Notes under the pieces: generated by a model
Databases searched by the model: none
Seen by the model: the letters and a program-made list of their open reading frames with translations, nothing else
What the model was told of the DNA's origin: nothing
Position numbers and translations under genes: made by a program
Part shown: positions 13,607 through 24,539 of the stretch, in pieces
Layout of the letters: each line of letters begins with the position of its first letter
Position numbering within the stretch: position 1 is the first letter of the stretch
Assembly (NCBI RefSeq): GCF_006345805.1
Contig: NC_043002.1
Span: forward strand, 41,168,001 to 41,232,000
Direction of reading: 5' to 3'
DNA length: 64,000 bases
Origin: Octopus sinensis
Lineage: Eukaryota

Positions 13607-13782
13607 TAACTAAAAAAATGTATGATAGATTGCGGTCAATTCTATTCTCTCTTACCTGTTGTGCCTTCCAAATGCTGTTTTTACTGAGATTCCCTTTTGT
13701 AGAAGAAATAGCTATAACCCTTGACTGCTATTTCTAAATCGGTATGTGGTAAGGCAACTCGTTGCTAAACCCTTATTGCTTA

Positions 13783-13815
<33 letters not shown>

Positions 13816-13842
13816 GTGTGTGTACATACATACATACATACA

Positions 13843-13876
<34 letters not shown>

Positions 13877-13878
13877 AA

Positions 13879-13945
13879 ATAATCGATAAAGGAAACAGAA
13901 GGTGGATTTGGTATTAGTTCATCTTCTGTTTCCTTAATCGATTAT
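13879..13945 (+). other. ~28-bp near-perfect stem-loop
   Basis: ATAATCGAT-A-AAGGAAACAGAAGGTGGA pairs with TTCATCTTCTGTTTCCTT-A-ATCGATTAT; one A.A mismatch, two G:U pairs. Confidence 0.7.
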
Positions 13946-14363
13946 CATCTCAACACGGCGGAATTCCTGAAGCAGATCGAACGGAAATATACTCCAACTG
14001 CAGACGACACCAGGTAGCCCAAACCATGCTAGTGCTTTACTCAACACACCAACACACTAATCGACATATACCCATTAGTCCCCCGAAATTACATATATAA
14101 ATATGTGTGTCTGTGCGTGGTTGTGTGAGTGTGTATGTATGTATGTATGTTTCTTTGTATCGTCTAAAGTTCCATCTTTTTCAGCTGTTTATTCTTCCTA
14201 CTTGTGCACAGTCGCTCAAACTTTTATAAGGAGCGGGTTACACCGGAGTAAACACATAAATGTGAAACAAGGTGGAAAAAAGAGTACTCAAATACCAGTG
14301 GTAGAGTAATATGCTTTATTTAAAGCAGCAGAAAATTCAACAAAACCTGTTACTCTGAGTTTC

Positions 14364-15704
14364 ATGTTGCCGTTCGCCAAGCAGTATGTCGGCATCGATA
14401 GCTCGGAAATTGATATTATCATGCATGCGAGGAAATCACTTCTTTTTTTCGAGGATTCCACATGGATTAAGAAGACCGAGGATTCTCTTTTCGATGTACC
14501 GATGGGGGCATACGATGGGGCTGAGTTATGTATGCTCATAGGAGCCTTTATTCTTCATAATCTAAAAATAGAATTCCCATTTATAGATGCAGGTTTATAT
14601 AGGGATGACGGCCTTATAGCCACCCATAATTTAAACGGCCATGAATCAGATAGACTTAGGAAGGACCTTATTGCTTTCTTCCAAAGAATGGGCTTACGGG
14701 TTACAATAGATACTAACCTGAAAAATGTAGATTTTTTAGATGTAAATTTTAATGTAAGGTCGGATAGATTTAAACCTTACCGTAAGCCCAATGACAAGCT
14801 ATCGTATATTAGCAAAGATTCGAACCATCCGCCAGTTATCCTTAGGAACTTAGTCAGCAATGTAGGTAGAAGAATATCTTCAATTTCTTCGGATGAGGCA
14901 GCATTCCATAATGCTGCACCTTATTACGATAGCGCATTAAGGAATAGTGGATTCTCTGAGAAGATCCAGTACAACCAGCTTAATGCTGGTAATAATGCTG
15001 CGCGAAGAACTAGGACCAGGAAAGTTTTGTGGTTCAACCCGGCTTTCAATTTGGCCGTAAAGACTAATATAGGTAAGGAATTTTTGAAATTAGTCTCTAG
15101 GCATTTTAAGCAGGACCATAAATTCTATAGAATATTTAATAAAAGAACCCTTAAGGTTAGCTATTCTTGTTGCAGAAATTTCGCCTCTTACATTAGCCAG
15201 CATAATAGGAATCTGATTGATATTAAGCATGGTGCCGAGTCCCTTAAGAAATGCAATTTCAAAAATGAATCCTCCTGTCCGTTGGAAGGGAAATGTCTAG
15301 TAAAAGGGGTCGTTTATAGAGCCAAGGTACAAATAGAAGGCTCACCGGAATACGAGACCTATACAGGGGCTTCAGAAAATTCATTTAAAACGCGATTTTA
15401 TTCGCATAAAAATTCATTTAGATACCCAGAAAATAGGAAGAGGACCAGCCTAGCAAAATATGTCTGGGAACTAAAAGAAAAGGAAACCCCACCTTTCAAC
15501 GTGTCATGGAGCATTCTGGATAAAGCGGTACCATACAGACATGGAGCACACAAGAAAAATTTTAAGTGCAATCTTTGCCTGTTAGAGAAACTTTATATTT
15601 TATTCAAAGACAATAATTCTTTGAATCAAAGAAGTGAGCTGATGAACTCATGCAGGCACGCAACCAAATTTAAAATGTCAAACATAAATATACCATATGG
15701 ATAG
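14364..15704 (+). CDS. Penelope-like reverse transcriptase (C-terminal half) + GIY-YIG endonuclease, 446 aa, N-terminally truncated
   Basis: RT motifs VPMGAYDGAELC, LYRDDGL, DFLDV, SNHPP; linker CNFKNESSCPLEGKC; GIY-YIG GVVY..YTG..FKTRF..H; C-terminal CNLC..LNQRSE..CRH. The motif carrying the first RT catalytic Asp is missing. Confidence 0.9.
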   Translation: MLPFAKQYVGIDSSEIDIIMHARKSLLFFEDSTWIKKTEDSLFDVPMGAYDGAELCMLIGAFILHNLKIEFPFIDAGLYRDDGLIATHNLNGHESDRLRKDLIAFFQRMGLRVTIDTNLKNVDFLDVNFNVRSDRFKPYRKPNDKLSYISKDSNHPPVILRNLVSNVGRRISSISSDEAAFHNAAPYYDSALRNSGFSEKIQYNQLNAGNNAARRTRTRKVLWFNPAFNLAVKTNIGKEFLKLVSRHFKQDHKFYRIFNKRTLKVSYSCCRNFASYISQHNRNLIDIKHGAESLKKCNFKNESSCPLEGKCLVKGVVYRAKVQIEGSPEYETYTGASENSFKTRFYSHKNSFRYPENRKRTSLAKYVWELKEKETPPFNVSWSILDKAVPYRHGAHKKNFKCNLCLLEKLYILFKDNNSLNQRSELMNSCRHATKFKMSNINIPYG

Positions 15705-16783
15705 AGTATATTTTGTCTTTTTGTATTTTTGAATTTTGAAATTTTGATTTTTGATTCTTGGACTAGTCTGTAAACGCATCGATGGATTTATTTCGCGCTA
15801 TGCAGATTTCATTCCGTATAACAAAGTCTCGTGCATATATTTTGTCTATTTTGTTTATATTTCTACATATTCCTTAGGAAAAACCTTCGACTTAGTTTAT
15901 TTCATGTTATTATATTGTATAGGCTTACTTTGATATTTAATTTATAGATGATCCGAAATAGGGTGTTATATTTTACATGTCTTTCGTATAATTTTTATTA
16001 TCACACTCACCATTTTTTAAAAAACAAGGTTGTCTGAACCTAGGCATTTTGATGTAAATATGTGTATAGCCACGAATATGTATTTGTAAGCATACGTCTT
16101 TGTATATGTGTAAGTGAGCGTATGTTTGTACTTAAGCACATACACGATTGTATGTGTATGTATCTACTTGAACTCGTGTGTTTGCGTACTTGTCTCTATA
16201 TATATGTGTCAGTATATGTGCTTACACAGTTTGTATACATAATTTTTCTTCTTTCGTTTTCCCCTCCCCCTTTTTCTTCTTTTTTCGCTCTCTTCACTTA
16301 TTTTTCTCTCTCTTTCTTTCTTTCGTGTTTTCTCTCTCTTACTTTTCGCTACTTGTATAGTCCTGTAACTTTACGTCCCCCCCTCCCTTACCCATGTCTT
16401 CAACTTTATATCGTAAATAAGAACGCCCCTTCCCCATCCATGATTTTAGCTTATAGTCTTTATAGATACAGTGGTTTTGCGTGCGAACTAGATTGCGTAT
16501 GCATATGTGTACATGCATTTGTGTGTATATTTTAGCTTTATATTTATACGTCTGTATATGTATGTGGTCTGCACGCATCTATCTGTGTATGTTGATGTAT
16601 ATATGTATATAGTTATATGAAATGTACTGCTGTGTAATATTTTAATGCATTTTAACATTTTAATTTCAATTTCCATGTATTAATTATATTTCCTTTATTA
16701 ATGAAAATATGTATTTTATTCAATATAAGGTTTTTTCCTCGAATTTATAATTTTTACATATATATATATATATATATTATATA

Positions 16784-16826
<43 letters not shown>

Positions 16827-16954
16827 AGCTCATTTTTGTTTATCGCTCGAAAATTGACCGTTATTTGTAAAGGAACAATCAAACAAGTCCATATTTAAAG
16901 CTGTAGCGTTTATACTAGTCTGGATAGAATTGACACATATCGGTTCTATTCTAG

Positions 16955-16988
16955 CAAAAACTGTCCGATGAACAGCAACGTGAAACTC

Positions 16989-16989
<1 letters not shown>
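16955..16989 (+). ncRNA. Degenerate, truncated hammerhead at the Penelope 3' end (family 3)
   Basis: CTGT-CCGATGA-ACAGCAACGT-GAAA-CTCA then (TA)n: core U4>C change and cleavage site absent. Confidence 0.6.
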
Positions 16990-17023
<34 letters not shown>

Positions 17024-17040
17024 ATCTATATATATATATA

Positions 17041-17094
<54 letters not shown>

Positions 17095-17370
17095 GAGTGT
17101 ATATGTATGTGGGTATTGTATGTTGAGGATACTCGCTGCCACTATTCAGATTTTCCGGTGTATACACAGAATATCCTGATATATTAAACATGATATTAAT
17201 GTAAAATTTGGCTGAACTGTCAGTCTTCGGAACGAAAATGTCATTGCAAAGTAATATATAAGTAGGCCTTTTTCCGTCACTACGCTGCCGGTAAAAATAT
17301 TAGTTGCTAATTATGCACATACTTTGTTTTAATAGTAGACTGTTATATAATGAAAATCTCGTTATATATA

Positions 17371-17554
17371 CGACAGGGTGCTAAAAAGTTCCTGGCTTTA
17401 GGTAAAAGAAAATACAGGGAGGTCAGTTAATTATGATCATATCCAACGTATTCCCCTCTCAGATTCACGCACTTATTGCAGCAGTCCTTCAGTTTTTCTA
17501 AGCCCAGGTGCTTCGTGATACCCTTAAAGCCAGGAACTTTTCAGCACTCCATCG
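17371..17554. mobile_element. Tc1/mariner-type MITE
   Basis: Terminal inverted repeats GTGCT(A/G)AAAAGTTCCTGGCTTT; related copies at 19763-19958 and 20076-20295. Confidence 0.7.
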
Positions 17555-17571
17555 TGTGTATGTGTATATAC

Positions 17572-17618
<47 letters not shown>

Positions 17619-17632
17619 ATATATATATATAT

Positions 17633-17670
<38 letters not shown>

Positions 17671-17699
17671 TCTACATACATACATACATAAACAAACAA

Positions 17700-18105
17700 A
17701 TAAAAATACCCTGTTGTTGATGTTGAAATTCGAAGGAAAGAGCCTTGGATCTAGATTAGAAACTGCTTCTTTCTCTATTGGCAAGGAATCTTGAAATAAA
17801 CTGAATAAAGACACACACACACACACACATACACACACACATACATACATACATACATACATACATACATACATACATACATACATACATACATACATAC
17901 ATACATACATACATACATACATACATACATACATACATGACAGCCTTCTACACAGTTCCCGTCTAACAAATTCACCCGCACGACAGTTGCTCGATTCGGT
18001 ACTATAACAGAAGACATGTGCCCAAACTGTTTCACAGTGGGTACCGAACCCGAATCCACACGAGTGCAAAACAAGCTTCTTAACCACACAGCCAGGCCCG
18101 CGCTT
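17700..18105 (-). mobile_element. tRNA-derived SINE (family C) with internal microsatellite
   Basis: Minus strand GGCTGTGTGGTTAAGAAGCTTG..GGTTCGGTACCCACTG head. Confidence 0.65.
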
Positions 18106-18688
18106 ATCAACATTCCTTTAATTTATTTCTACGCGAATTTTTCAAATGTTTCTTAAAGATAATTCTATCGCTAAATAATGTAAGACATATTTTCTGGTAT
18201 CGTTTACATATGTTGGAGGAAATGCTTCAGTGACATGATGAGGCCTTTTTTTCTGCTATTAACTTCCAATGTACCGTAAAGCATTCTTTAAGCCTTCGAC
18301 ATTTTCCCCACGTCAGTTTATGCTTAAAGATAGAGATAATTTGGCTTGTTTCTTATTTTATTTTTTTTTAAGGATCTTGTCTTTTGTAATATTTTTAGTA
18401 ACACAATTTTTGTGCTCATCGGATTATTGCTTGTCCGACTCCCTCACTAAAAACTTTGCACCTACAGCCCTCCCATCCGTAATACGGGCGCATTAGACAT
18501 AGCGGAAGATTTTAGTTCGTTATTTTTGGTAAAAAGTTGTCTTATACGCCGAAAGGTACCGTGTATGTGTATGTATATTTATATACAAACATACATATAC
18601 ATTCATATTTACTTGTATATACACACAATGACACACATATGTTCATATACATATATGAATATTTACACACACACATACACACACACAC

Positions 18689-18985
18689 GTGAAGTCGCAA
18701 TGGCCCAGTGGTTAGGGCAGCAAACTCGCTGTCGTAGGATCGTGGTTTCGATTCTCAGACAGGGCGTTGTGAGTGTTTATTGAGCGAAAACACCTAAAGC
18801 TCCACGATGCTTTGGCAGGGGATGGTGACGAGCCCTGCTGTACTCTTTCGCCACAACTCACTTTTTCTTCTGTTGGCCTGCTCCCTTAGCCAGTGAGGTG
18901 GCGTCATTTGAAGGCTAAAACAATGTGAAGCGCATTGTGACCAGCGATGTGTAACAACATCTGATAGCCTGGTCGGTCCTGTCTT
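18689..18985 (+). mobile_element. tRNA-derived SINE (family B)
   Basis: TGGCCCAGTGGTTAGGGCAGC..GGTTTCGATTCTCAGAC..GTTTATTGAGCGAAAACACCTAAAGCTCC; copies at 22730-23005 (-) and 54040-54240 (+). Confidence 0.8.
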
Positions 18986-19408
18986 GCCTTCGAAACACGC
19001 CTGAGTTAACTAGCGACAGCTGATGACGGTGGATTTTTCCTTGTGTAGCTTGTCCTGTACTTGTTTTCTTGTAAAAAATTTTTGGATTTTTCCTTGTGTA
19101 GCCTATCCTGTACTTGTCGTTAAATTTTTGTTTTTCCCGTTTCTACGTCTTGTTGTGGCGTCCTGTACTTACGTATATTTATTTATATATGCATGTATAT
19201 ATACATGTAGATGTAGGTACGTACATACATGTTTGTATGTATGCATATATTTTTAATTATCACATTATATATTATCACGTCTGCACCGCCGGATGCTTCT
19301 GAACCAGTTGTTGAGTGTCCCACCCATGAGGAATAGATGCTAGATATGTCGAAATAATTGTCGTGATTAGGAATAAATTCTCGTATATTCTATCTGCCGT
19401 CTTTTATT

Positions 19409-19447
<39 letters not shown>

Positions 19448-19762
19448 CTACATACATACCAGTATGCGCATAAACAAGTCAAAAGTGGTGACACTTTACA
19501 ATTGCAGAGTAAACTGTATTTCAAGGTTCAAATGCCTCACAGTAACGATTTGTTTAATCACGGGCCATGAATCATCCAACTGAGAAATTGTAAAGAGATT
19601 TTGATTTATTTCTAGGAAATTGAATAAACTCAGAAGAACCTGGGGTATGAAAGTCGAGTGATGGAGGGTACTCTATTTACAGGTAATGCATTTAGATATA
19701 TAAGGGTAGGTGTATGTGGACGTGTTCCGTTTGGTTGAGGATATACGGTGGCGTGGGTTGGT

Positions 19763-19958
19763 CGGGGACTCCTGAAAAGTTCCTGAAATACAGGAGGATC
19801 AGTTAATGATTTTATTCAACATATTCCCTTCTCATATTCACACACTTATTACAGCAGCCCTTCAGTTTTTCTAAGCCCTGTAAAAGAACTTGGAAGATTG
19901 GGCCTCCAAGCTGGCCATTCGTGACACTCTTAAAGCCAGGAATTTTTAAGTACTCTCG
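19763..19958. mobile_element. Tc1/mariner-type MITE copy
   Basis: Matches 17371-17554; ends CTCG|TA. Confidence 0.65.
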
Positions 19959-20075
19959 TATGTATGTATGTATGTATGTATGTATGTATGTATGTATGTA
20001 TGTATGCATGCATGCATGTATGTATGTATGTATGTATGTATGTATGTATGTATGTATGTATGTATGTATGTATTA

Positions 20076-20295
20076 CGAGGGGGAGGGGTGAAAAGTTCCT
20101 GGCTTTGGGTAAAAGAAAATAGAAGGAGGATCAGTTAATTATGATTTTATTCAACATATTTCCCCTCCCAGATTCAATCATATTTTGCAGCGGTCCTTCG
20201 GTTTTTCTAAACCCTGTAAAAGAACTCGGAAGGTTGGGCCTCGGAACCAGGCCTTTCATGACATCCTTAGAGCCAGGAGCTTTTCAGCACTCTTG
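20076..20295. mobile_element. Tc1/mariner-type MITE copy
   Basis: TA|CGAGGGG..GTGAAAAGTTCCTGGCTTT ... GCCAGGAGCTTTTCAGCAC. Confidence 0.7.
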
Positions 20296-20404
20296 TGAAA
20301 ATTTGTGAGATGGAATGTTTTACAGGCAAAAATAAAATAAAATAAAATAAAATCGAAGAAAGCTAAAAAAAAAAAGAAATGAAAAGAATTCATTGTCAGA
20401 TATT

Positions 20405-20965
20405 GGGGCAAGCATGGCTGTATGGTTAAGAAGCTTGCTTTGCGACCACATGGTTTCGAGTTCAGTCCCACTGCACAGCACGTCGAATAAATGCCTTCGG
20501 CTATAACCTCGGGTCGATTAACGCCTTGTGTGTGAAATTGGTAGACAAGACCTGTGCTGAAGCCTCTTGTATGCGCCTGCGCACGCACACACACTCACAC
20601 ACAACCACACACATGTATGTATTTATGTATATTCTGTGTGTCTTTGTGTTTGTGATTGTACTTCACCACCACGTGACAACCGGTGTTGGTTTGTTTACTT
20701 CTCCGTAACGTAGAAGTACGGCAAAAGAATCAAGCAGGCATAGGCAACCTTTTTCGAGATGCAGGCCACGTTTGACATAATTCATCATCAAGCTAGCCTC
20801 ACTGCTAAAAAAATTTCAAGGCAATTTTTTGTAAGGTGTACCATTTAGAAAGTCCCAGGAGAGAGAGGCGAGAAGTGAACCCATTACTGGACTAGACCCT
20901 TCAAAGCGGTGCTCCAGTATGGCCGCAGTCCAATGACTTGAACAAGTAAAAGATAAAAGATAAAA
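20405..20965 (+). mobile_element. SINE family C
   Basis: GGCTGTATGGTTAAGAAGC..GAGTTCAGTCCCACTG head; tail GCTCCAGTATGGCCGCAGTC..AACAAGTAAAAGATAAAAG. Confidence 0.7.
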
Positions 20966-21654
20966 CATTGAATAGAGAAACGAAATAATTTTACTAAAAC
21001 CTTCTCGTTTTGGTTATCATTGTTCATCTGCTCTTGGTGATAAAGTTTATTAGCGTTATTAAATCATTAATTAGGTGTTCATTTTTGTGGCTAGCGTTAA
21101 GTGTACGTATTATCGGTGTAACATCACTTTTAAAGCGGCGCTGTATTATGAATATTACCTCCATTATTAATCGTCTCGTTTTATGGCGAATTTAGAAGAG
21201 CATAGATATCTTGTCCTCTATTGTTTGCCTTTTTCTATCTAGTGTTGTTTTTATGGTGTGTGATATTCTGTATTCCATTTGCTTCTTCTAGTAAATGCGC
21301 GGTGGATCAACGGACGAATGTCATACTAGTATGACAAACGCAAAAGCAGCAGCTATAAAGTTTACGACTTTCCCGTTAGCAATCGAATTTATAAATCATA
21401 TTTGTCTCAGAAAGATTACATGCCTGCTGTTGGTTGTTTATTAATGACGATTTTATTATTGTAAGTGATTTTGTAGAAAATCATCTGCGTCCAGTTTTCA
21501 CAGCTTTTCATAACGGCTCACTATATACACTGTACCAAACGCATTATTTGCATGCATGCATGTATGTATATATGTATGTATGTATTTTTATATGTATGTA
21601 TTTATATATGTATGTATTTTTGTATGTATGTATGTATGTATGTATGTATGTACG

Positions 21655-21990
21655 CTGAGCTGAGATCCCCTTCGGTCATGACTGACCATGGGATTGCACC
21701 TAGAATGTTACCCTCCCAGGCACAAGTCAGGGCAACATTGTTTATGGAAGACTAGCAGTCGCCCATCCATAACGGCCTCCCCTCTCCACGCTACAAGTGT
21801 TATCCAAAGAAAAGGCAAAGGCCGATACAGCTTGGTACCTGTGACGTCACAACTCATTTCTACAGCTGAGTGAACTGAAGCAACGGGAAATAAAGTGTCT
21901 TGCTCAAGAACACAAAAAATCCTGATCCGGGATTCGAACTCACAACCTCACGACCGTAAGCTCGACGCTCTAATCACTGAGCCATGCGCC
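21655..21990 (-). mobile_element. SINE family A copy
   Basis: Homologous to 5895-6225. Confidence 0.8.
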
Positions 21991-22025
21991 TTCACACACA
22001 CACACACACACACACACCACACACA

Positions 22026-22056
<31 letters not shown>

Positions 22057-22074
22057 CTATATATATATATATAT

Positions 22075-22105
<31 letters not shown>

Positions 22106-22729
22106 CAAATATTAATTTGAAGCAAGTCTAGGTATATAAACAAAATCAAACACACATACACCTTGTGTATGTGTGTTGTTAGTTCATTGTTAGTTGTGTG
22201 TGCGTGTGTATACAAACACACAGATAAACATAAACACGTACAAATGTAGATTTATATATATATATGTATATATGAATATATGTATGCATATATACGTACA
22301 TATGCATAATATATATATGTACATATGTATATTATGTATATATACGTATGTATGTATAAGCATATATTTGTGTGCATGTGTGTGGGTGGGTGTGTGGGTG
22401 TGTCCCCTCACTGATACACATCTGTAACTGATAAAGCGTAACCACGCAAATTCATATGTCTTACAGTCCGATGACGTTATTCATAGCTTGGCTCGATGGG
22501 TTTTCACACACACACAGAGTCTATAAGGACAACTTGTCCTCCAAGACAGTCACCTCTGCAAAGGAACATGTTCGAGTGTACATGAACATACTAGATATAA
22601 ATGTACACTGCTTTTTAAGCCCTTATAGTTGGTCTGCCTTTAACTACTTAATTCAAGCTTGATAAAATCTAGCACACGCCAACATGTTTATTATTTACCA
22701 TTTTTTAAATATTTTTATGCACCCTTTTC

Positions 22730-23005
22730 AAGCCTAGCCAGGTTTCCCGGTTTCTTTGGCGTATGTGTTCGCCCCAGCTGGACGAGACGTCAGTCCATCG
22801 CAATGTTACTCAAGAAACAGGAAGAAAGAGTGAGAGAAAGTTGGGGCGAAAGAGTACAATAGGGGTCGCCACCACACACTGCCGGAGCCTCGTGGAGCTT
22901 TAGGTATTTTCGCTCAATAAACACAAACAACGCCCGGTCTGGGAATCAAAACCGCGATTCTCCGACCGCGAGTCCGCTGCCCGAACCACCGGACCATTGC
23001 GCCTC
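22730..23005 (-). mobile_element. SINE family B copy
   Basis: Reverse complement of the 18689 head. Confidence 0.75.
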
Positions 23006-23379
23006 TATTTACCATTTACCTTATGAGAAAGTTGCATGATTTGTCTAGTGAGCATATACGCTGTTTCCTTCCTAAGCATGTGTCTTCAATTTTGTAGGCA
23101 TGTGTAGGCATATTTGACATACGTTTCCTAATGTTCTAGATAAGGTTCTTAAAAAACTCAGATAGTGATAACATGATTCTACTTTGATGCAAGAAAGCTT
23201 TTGAGCTGGTTTCCTGAAAGGATTACGTAAAGTAGTTTGGTTAATCTGGAGTAACATCAAAGAAATCAACAGTAATTAAATTAGCGACTTTATTAGCGAC
23301 GTTCAGGGGGAATGATGTGATTTTGACTGCTTATACACCTTGGAAACTGGATAAAAGGCTATAATAGTCCAAGGGCTCA

Positions 23380-24150
23380 AGTGAAAGGGTTTATTGATAT
23401 TGGTTTCAAATTTGATCAAACGGCCAGAAACTTAGGGGTAGGGGATAAGTCAATTACATCAACCCCAGTACTCAACTTCGGTAGAATTTTAACTCAGTGC
23501 ATAAAGACAGGTAAAATGCTGCTAAGCATTTTGTCTAGTGTGCTAACAATTCTGCCAGCTCATCGCCTTATAAATAAACAAGGGGAAAATGGTTTATTAT
23601 TGGTGCTCAGCTGGTACTAATTTTATTGACCTTGAAAGGACGAAAGGCAAAAAATCACCCTGAGCAAAATTTAAACTCAGAACATAAAGTTGGACGAAAT
23701 GCCGCTAAGCATTTTATCTGGCATGCTAATGCAAATCCAGTTTACTGTGTTTAAAAAAACGGTTTATTAATATTCTTTTCTATTCTAGGCACAAAGCCTA
23801 AAATTTTTGGGGAGGGAGGCAGTCGATTAGATTGACCCCAGTACGCAACTGGTACTTAATTATCGACCCCTAAAGGATGAAAGGCAAAGTCGACCTCGGC
23901 GGAATATGAACTCAGAACGTAAAGACAGACGAAATACTTATTTCTTTTCTACCCAGAGGACAAACAAGGACAGACAAATGGATTAAGTCGATTATATCGA
24001 CCCTAGTGTGTAACTGGTACTTAATTTATCGACCCCGAAAAGATGAAAGGCAAAGTCGACCTTGGCAGAATTTGAACCCAGAACGTAGTGGCAGACGAAA
24101 TACTGCTAAGCATTCCACCCGGCCTGCTAACGTTTCTGCCAGCTCGCCGC
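23380..24150 (-). mobile_element. Cluster of SINE family E copies
   Basis: Repeated GACCCCAGT..ACTGGTACTTAATTTATCGACCCC..GATGAAAGGCAAAGTCGACCT..GAACTCAGAAC; related copies at 38290-38515 (-) and 57855-58080 (+). Confidence 0.7.
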
Positions 24151-24539
24151 CTTACAGTTTATTAATATTAAAAGTAGGAAAAATATTAACCTATAATTAT
24201 GGTACAACAGATACAACAATCTAGGTAATATCATAGTTCAGGAATATCAAAATACCAACTCAGTATAAAGGATTTAGATGTTGCACACAAATTCATTACA
24301 GTTGAAGAATCATAAATAGAGCTGATTATGCACAAATGCAAGACAATGCTATTTGGTAGTGGTTTGGTTTAGGTAAAAGTGAAAGTACATATCTGATGAC
24401 CTATTCTATATCCTGATGAGGTCATGCAATAGTATCAATGGGTGTGATCTAGTCGTTTTAAACTTATTAGATCTTCTTACAATACAGGCACAACATGGCT
24501 TAGCATTGTCACATCACTGTGGAAGCCATATTTATGCTA

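Larger units (their letters stand above)
6270..13786. repeat. Tandem array of ~600-bp hammerhead-containing units (retrozyme / Penelope pseudo-LTR-like)
   Basis: Unit start CCAAATG recurs at ~7079, 7679, 8278, 8878, 9477, 10078, 10683, 11282, 11879, 12474, 13069, 13668 (11 full units plus a partial); 6270-7077 is 1.3 units in the opposite orientation; both ends abut (TA)n. Confidence 0.97.
14242..16989 (+). mobile_element. 5'-truncated Penelope-like retroelement with inverted 5' pseudo-LTR fragment
   Basis: 14242-14375 is an antisense pseudo-LTR piece (matches 39419-39551), followed by the RT/GIY-YIG ORF, a 3' UTR and a sense pseudo-LTR ending in a truncated hammerhead at (TA)n. Confidence 0.85.

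Noticed and set aside
6270-13786. Array as CRISPR, 5S/rDNA or tRNA gene cluster
   Set aside because: Units are ~600 bp and near-identical with no unique spacers; no recognisable rRNA sequence; the tRNA-like part lacks an acceptor stem.
18230-18565. Hammerhead-like fragments ATGATGAGGCC ... GCCGAAAGGTACCGT
   Set aside because: Core lacks C3, stem III/UH geometry is wrong and the halves are >300 nt apart; at most a decayed remnant.
19270-19370. GTCGAAATAATTGTCGTGAT resembling a hammerhead 3' half
   Set aside because: No intact CTGANGA core or stem II upstream.
24385-24435. Two CTGATGA motifs upstream of the degenerate Penelope copy
   Set aside because: No GAAA, stem III or cleavage triplet follows at a workable distance.
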